Assembly (NCBI GenBank): GCA_965218425.1
Contig: OZ244621.1
Location: 576,001 to 640,000 of the forward strand
Direction: 5' to 3'
Source: an uncultured Candidatus Binatia bacterium
GTDB lineage: Bacteria; Desulfobacterota; Binatia; UBA9968; CAXXLF01
DNA: 64,000 bases
Position numbers and translations under genes: made by a program. The notes under the pieces are model-generated. The model searched no databases. It was not told the DNA's origin and saw only the letters and a list, made by a program, of their open reading frames with translations. Below, piece after piece: positions 60,133-64,000 of this stretch; the stretch's first letter is position 1; every line of letters starts with the position of its first letter.

Positions 60133-60838
60133 GCTTCTTATCTCCAGGATTACGCAGCAGGTAGGCAGGGTGGAGTGTGGGCATCAACTTGATGCCGTGG
60201 TAGTCATGCCAGCCCCCGCGCAATTTCATGATTGGGACCTTACTCTTTAACAAAGATTGAACCGCAAATTTTCCCAAGGCCACAACGACCCTGGGCTTGA
60301 TCAATTCAATTTGTCGAACCAAAAAGGGCTCACAGGATTCGATCTCGTCGGACTCAGGATTGCGATTTTCAGGGGGACGACATTTAACCACGTTGGCAAT
60401 GTAGACCTCCGACCTTTCCATTCCCATGCCTTTGGTGATGATGTCCGTTAGGAGTTGCCCCGCACGCCCTACGAAAGGCTCCCCTTTCAAGTCCTCATCC
60501 CTTCCGGGCCCCTCTCCCACAAACATGACCTTTGCCTTTGGGTTTCCCACGCCAAAGACCAAATGAGTCCGCCCCGACGACAGTTTACATCGTTGACAGT
60601 CGCCAATGGCTTCACGCAGCTCCTCCAGCGTCTTGCTTTTATATGCAGAGGTATAATCGGAAAAGAGGTTAACCTCAAGGGCTTGACCGGGAACGGGTTG
60701 ATTCACAGCGTTCAGATTTCCAATCCGTGACTCGTCAATGGACAAATGAGAAATACCAACCTCAACTCGCCGCTCAAGGTGTAAGCGTAGCGAGGCGGCG
60801 ATCCTCTTTACTTCCTCTTGGCTACTCCGTTGGGACAT
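60077..60838 (-). CDS. Uracil-DNA glycosylase family 4 (Fe-S)
   Basis: [20 protein letters not shown] and HPAYLLR. Confidence 0.95.
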   Translation of the reverse strand: MSQRSSQEEVKRIAASLRLHLERRVEVGISHLSIDESRIGNLNAVNQPVPGQALEVNLFSDYTSAYKSKTLEELREAIGDCQRCKLSSGRTHLVFGVGNPKAKVMFVGEGPGRDEDLKGEPFVGRAGQLLTDIITKGMGMERSEVYIANVVKCRPPENRNPESDEIESCEPFLVRQIELIKPRVVVALGKFAVQSLLKSKVPIMKLRGGWHDYHGIKLMPTLHPAYLLRNPGDKKLVWQDIKKVLQELASPAV

Positions 60839-60888
60839 CCCTATACCAGAAGGAGCATCTTAGCACCATTCTTGAGGTACTATCAACA

Positions 60889-61431
60889 TTATCCGGCATG
60901 TTTTAACTGCTCCATGTATACGGAGCGGAGTGTAGCGAAATAAGAGAGGGTCACATCCCAGCGGTAATCGGGGTAGGTATGGCCATAAGGATGAAACGAC
61001 TCGTGATGATAACTGAGCGTTGCCTCGCCGTAAATTCCGGATCTTAGGTAAATTCGATGAGCGGCATCCTTGGTGGTTGCCAGGACTACTTTATTGGCAT
61101 CCAGATATCCCGGGTCGACGTTGACTCGACGACCCGCCTTGCCGCCTTCATGCCTCAGAAAGTTGTACTCCAATTCCTGTGAGATGGTTTTGATCTCCGC
61201 CAGCCGGTCGGGTTGAATCAAAGGAACATGAGAGACGAATTTGCGTAGAAGCTCCGGGCCCATCTCCTTTTCGTAGAAATCCGTCACCTCCCATGGGAAG
61301 GACGGACTTGCCGATTCCATGGGACCGAAGCGTTCCATCAGGGCGTCTTCCACCACAGGTAACAGCGGCCCGTGATTACAAAGCAGGCCGATAAATAGTT
61401 TGACTGGTTTTGGCTCCCGGGAAATCCCCAT
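60889..61431 (-). CDS. DUF4416 family protein
   Basis: FYEKEMG, RRVNVDPGY, HRIYL..GIY and TYPDY. Confidence 0.85.
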   Translation of the reverse strand: MGISREPKPVKLFIGLLCNHGPLLPVVEDALMERFGPMESASPSFPWEVTDFYEKEMGPELLRKFVSHVPLIQPDRLAEIKTISQELEYNFLRHEGGKAGRRVNVDPGYLDANKVVLATTKDAAHRIYLRSGIYGEATLSYHHESFHPYGHTYPDYRWDVTLSYFATLRSVYMEQLKHAG

Positions 61432-61510
61432 GAATTACCAATGGTAATGACGTCTATGGAGTCGCCATGGATGAACGGCCGGAGATCAACGGAGGGTCCT
61501 TCTCCAGCGG

Positions 61511-62740
61511 CTATTCGTTTTGGGCCCTTTGCCTTCGGCCCTTTAGTGAGAGGAAATGATCCAAGATCCTGTCCGCTAGATCATCTTTGGTCATGAGGGG
61601 AAGAGGATGGGTCCCGCCCTTACGGTCCAGGAGAGTAGCCACGTTGGTATCCGAATCGAACCCGCTGCCTTCCTTGGTAACATCGTTGGCCACAATCAAG
61701 TCGAGGTTTTTCGCTCGGAGTTTTTTCCCCGCATTGGCCACGAGATCCTCCGTCTCGGCGGCAAATCCCACAAGGACCTTCCCGTTTTTTTTGGCGCCCA
61801 ATTCTTTGAGGATATCAACGTTAGGTTTTAGATTCAGCCGAAGGGCGGCGTCCCCTCGTTTGATTTTCCGGGCCACAACCTTTTCGGGTCGAAAATCAGT
61901 CACCGCAGCAGCCATAATAACCGCCGTAGCGCCTGCATACTCCTTGAGGACAGCCTGGCGCATCTCTTCCGCCGTCACCACCGAAATCAAATTCACTCCG
62001 GCAGGCGGTGCAGGGGTCGCCGGGCCACTGATCAGAGTGACTTCCGCCCCGCGTCTGGCGCCTGCGCGGGCCAGGGAATAACCCATCTTTCCCGACGAAC
62101 GATTGGAGATGTAACGAACAGGGTCCAGTGATTCCCGACTCGGGCCAGCAGTTACAACAAGCCGTTCACCCACCAGGTCCTTCTTCCCCAGCAGCCTCTG
62201 AATCTCCTTTAAGATATCCGCCGGCTCCGGTAGCCGTCCCTTCCCTTCATAGCCACAAGCCAGGTAACCATCGGCCGGCTCCATGAGTTCGTATCCGAGC
62301 CCCTTGAGCTTGCCAATATTTTCCTGCAGCACGGGGTTCTGAAACATATTCACATTCATGGATGGGGCAATCAGGACCCGGGCCCGAGTCGCCATGACCG
62401 CCGTAGTCAATAGATCATCGGCTATACCCGTTGCAATTTTTCCTATGAGATTGGCCGTTGCGGGCGCAATGACAAAAAGATCGGCCTGATCGGCAAGGTT
62501 GATATGGCCTATCTCGGATTCCTGAGTCAGATTGAATAAATCTGACGCCACGGGGTGGCCCGAAAGAGTCTGAAAGGTCAAGGGAGCGATAAATTCCATG
62601 GCCCCACGGGTCATGACCACCTGGACATCAATCCCCGCTCGGACTAGCAATCGGACCAGCTCGGCTGCCTTGTAACAGGCAATTCCCCCAGACACTCCGA
62701 GTACCACGTTTTTGCCCTTATTTTCTTCGCCTTGCGCCAC
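61511..62740 (-). CDS. coaBC: Phosphopantothenoylcysteine decarboxylase/synthetase
   Basis: GGIACYKA, APATAN, DPVRYISNRSSGKMG and GFAAET. Confidence 0.97.
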   Translation of the reverse strand: MAQGEENKGKNVVLGVSGGIACYKAAELVRLLVRAGIDVQVVMTRGAMEFIAPLTFQTLSGHPVASDLFNLTQESEIGHINLADQADLFVIAPATANLIGKIATGIADDLLTTAVMATRARVLIAPSMNVNMFQNPVLQENIGKLKGLGYELMEPADGYLACGYEGKGRLPEPADILKEIQRLLGKKDLVGERLVVTAGPSRESLDPVRYISNRSSGKMGYSLARAGARRGAEVTLISGPATPAPPAGVNLISVVTAEEMRQAVLKEYAGATAVIMAAAVTDFRPEKVVARKIKRGDAALRLNLKPNVDILKELGAKKNGKVLVGFAAETEDLVANAGKKLRAKNLDLIVANDVTKEGSGFDSDTNVATLLDRKGGTHPLPLMTKDDLADRILDHFLSLKGRRQRAQNE

Positions 62741-63043
62741 GTTTTTTTAAGATATCCAATCACCTAAGGGTTTGCAATCCCAGAACCTATTGGAATCCAA
62801 ATGATCAAACCTTAACAGCAAGGGCCCCTGGCGTGTCACAAGGTGTGCAAAATTAGTCCAAATCGTACCCGGATCGATCATCCTTAGGATCCTCCCCCAT
62901 GGCCTCCTGATTGCATTAAATTTCAGGAAGCCGTCTCCAGCTCATGCTAGGACGGCCTACCTCGTCGTTCAACGGGGTCTCGACGGGAGAGCTGAAACCA
63001 ACTTGACCTGTCGGAATAAGTCTGTAAAATTATTAAGAGAATT

Positions 63044-63892
63044 ATGGACGCCCGCGTCAAATATTACAGGTTCTTCCTCATGGTGGTCATTGCCGTTGGT
63101 CTCGTGAGCGGCCCGGCTCTGCAATCCAAGGCTCACGCAAATGGGGACCCCGCTCCTCCTGGAGCCGGTGCTGCCACTGACCCCGTGGGAAAGTCACCCG
63201 CTGAAAAATCGTCTGAAAAGAGGCAATCCTCACTGTTCGAGGACCCCTTTGCGGTCGAGGCCGGCAATAGCGCCGCCGCAGGAGACCCATGGGAAAAATT
63301 CAATGAAAAGATGTTCTCGTTCAACCGAGAATTCGATCGCTGGTTTCTGGAACCGGTTGCCGCAGGATACGACTTCGTCCTTCCCGATGTGGCGCAGACC
63401 GGCGTCAGGAACGCCATCAGAAATATCGACGTGGTACACCGACTGGTAAATAGCCTCCTGCAGCTCAAGTTTGAAGGAGCGGCGCGGGAAATCCTTCGCT
63501 TCACCATCAACTCTACTTTCGGTATCGGCGGGCTGATCGACTTTGCAAAAATCTCAGCGGGGATTCCACAAAGCAACGAGGATACCGGACAAACCATGGG
63601 AGTTTACGGCATGAAGCCCGGCCCCTATTTGATCCTTCCCTTTTTTCCTCCCATGACGGTTCGCGACGGCATCGGCGCCATATGTGACCGGGCCATGAAT
63701 CCACTCCTTTACGGTGGTATGTTCGTGGACGGAGCAACCGGCGTAAGCAACGCCGTCTCTATCCTCAACGCCGTCAACGAGCGCTCCTATAACATGGAAA
63801 CCTTTGAGCAGTTTGAGGGCTTGGTCATCGACCCGTACAGCGCCCTGCGCAACGCCTATCTGCAAAACCGGGAAGCCGCCGTCAGAGAATAA
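63044..63892 (+). CDS. mlaA: MlaA/VacJ family protein
   Basis: DPWEKFN..MFSFN, RFTINSTFGIGG, EDTGQT and DPYSALRNAYLQ. Confidence 0.92.
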   Translation: MDARVKYYRFFLMVVIAVGLVSGPALQSKAHANGDPAPPGAGAATDPVGKSPAEKSSEKRQSSLFEDPFAVEAGNSAAAGDPWEKFNEKMFSFNREFDRWFLEPVAAGYDFVLPDVAQTGVRNAIRNIDVVHRLVNSLLQLKFEGAAREILRFTINSTFGIGGLIDFAKISAGIPQSNEDTGQTMGVYGMKPGPYLILPFFPPMTVRDGIGAICDRAMNPLLYGGMFVDGATGVSNAVSILNAVNERSYNMETFEQFEGLVIDPYSALRNAYLQNREAAVRE

Positions 63893-64000
63893 CCGCCCGG
63901 TCATCATATCGACTCGTAGACAAAGGGCGCCCCTTGCGCACGGGGGAAGTGCCATTCTCGCTGCCTCCAAGAAAAAACAATTGATTTCCTCAATTCATTG

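Noticed and set aside
1..64000. CRISPR arrays, tRNA/rRNA, prophage, defence systems, intact transposases
   Set aside because: No regularly spaced repeats, RNA-gene signatures or matching protein motifs were recognised by eye. A tRNAscan/Infernal run would be needed to exclude small RNAs.

Overview
Bacterial chromosomal window, about 55% GC by eye. The gene style suggests an uncultured deltaproteobacterial-type lineage such as Binatia; this is inference only. Positions ~1.4-37 kb form a dense accessory catabolic region. It holds 2 UbiD decarboxylases, 3 Rieske oxygenase alpha subunits, 4 paralogous bicupins, a DesZ/LigZ-like extradiol dioxygenase, an FAH hydrolase, a DddP-like M24 protein, a signal-less NMT1-fold protein, a MaoC pair, an atypical SDR, an orphan molybdoenzyme large subunit, an orphan ferritin-like di-iron protein, and ABC/MFS/BenE transporters. 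No UbiX, Rieske reductase/ferredoxin, ABC ATPase or molybdoenzyme small subunit is present in the window. Positions ~37-64 kb are mostly minus-strand housekeeping genes (coaBC, udg, nfeD, queA-tgt-yajC-secD-secF-recJ, rplU-rpmA-obgE-proB-proA-nadD-rsfS-gpmI-comF), interrupted by a TTT/MFS transport insert. Two pseudogenes are visible. A ~240-nt degenerate intergenic element occurs twice, in inverted orientation (21.7 kb and 50.7 kb). No rRNA, tRNA, CRISPR array or intact transposase was recognised. All family calls come from motif recognition, not database searches.
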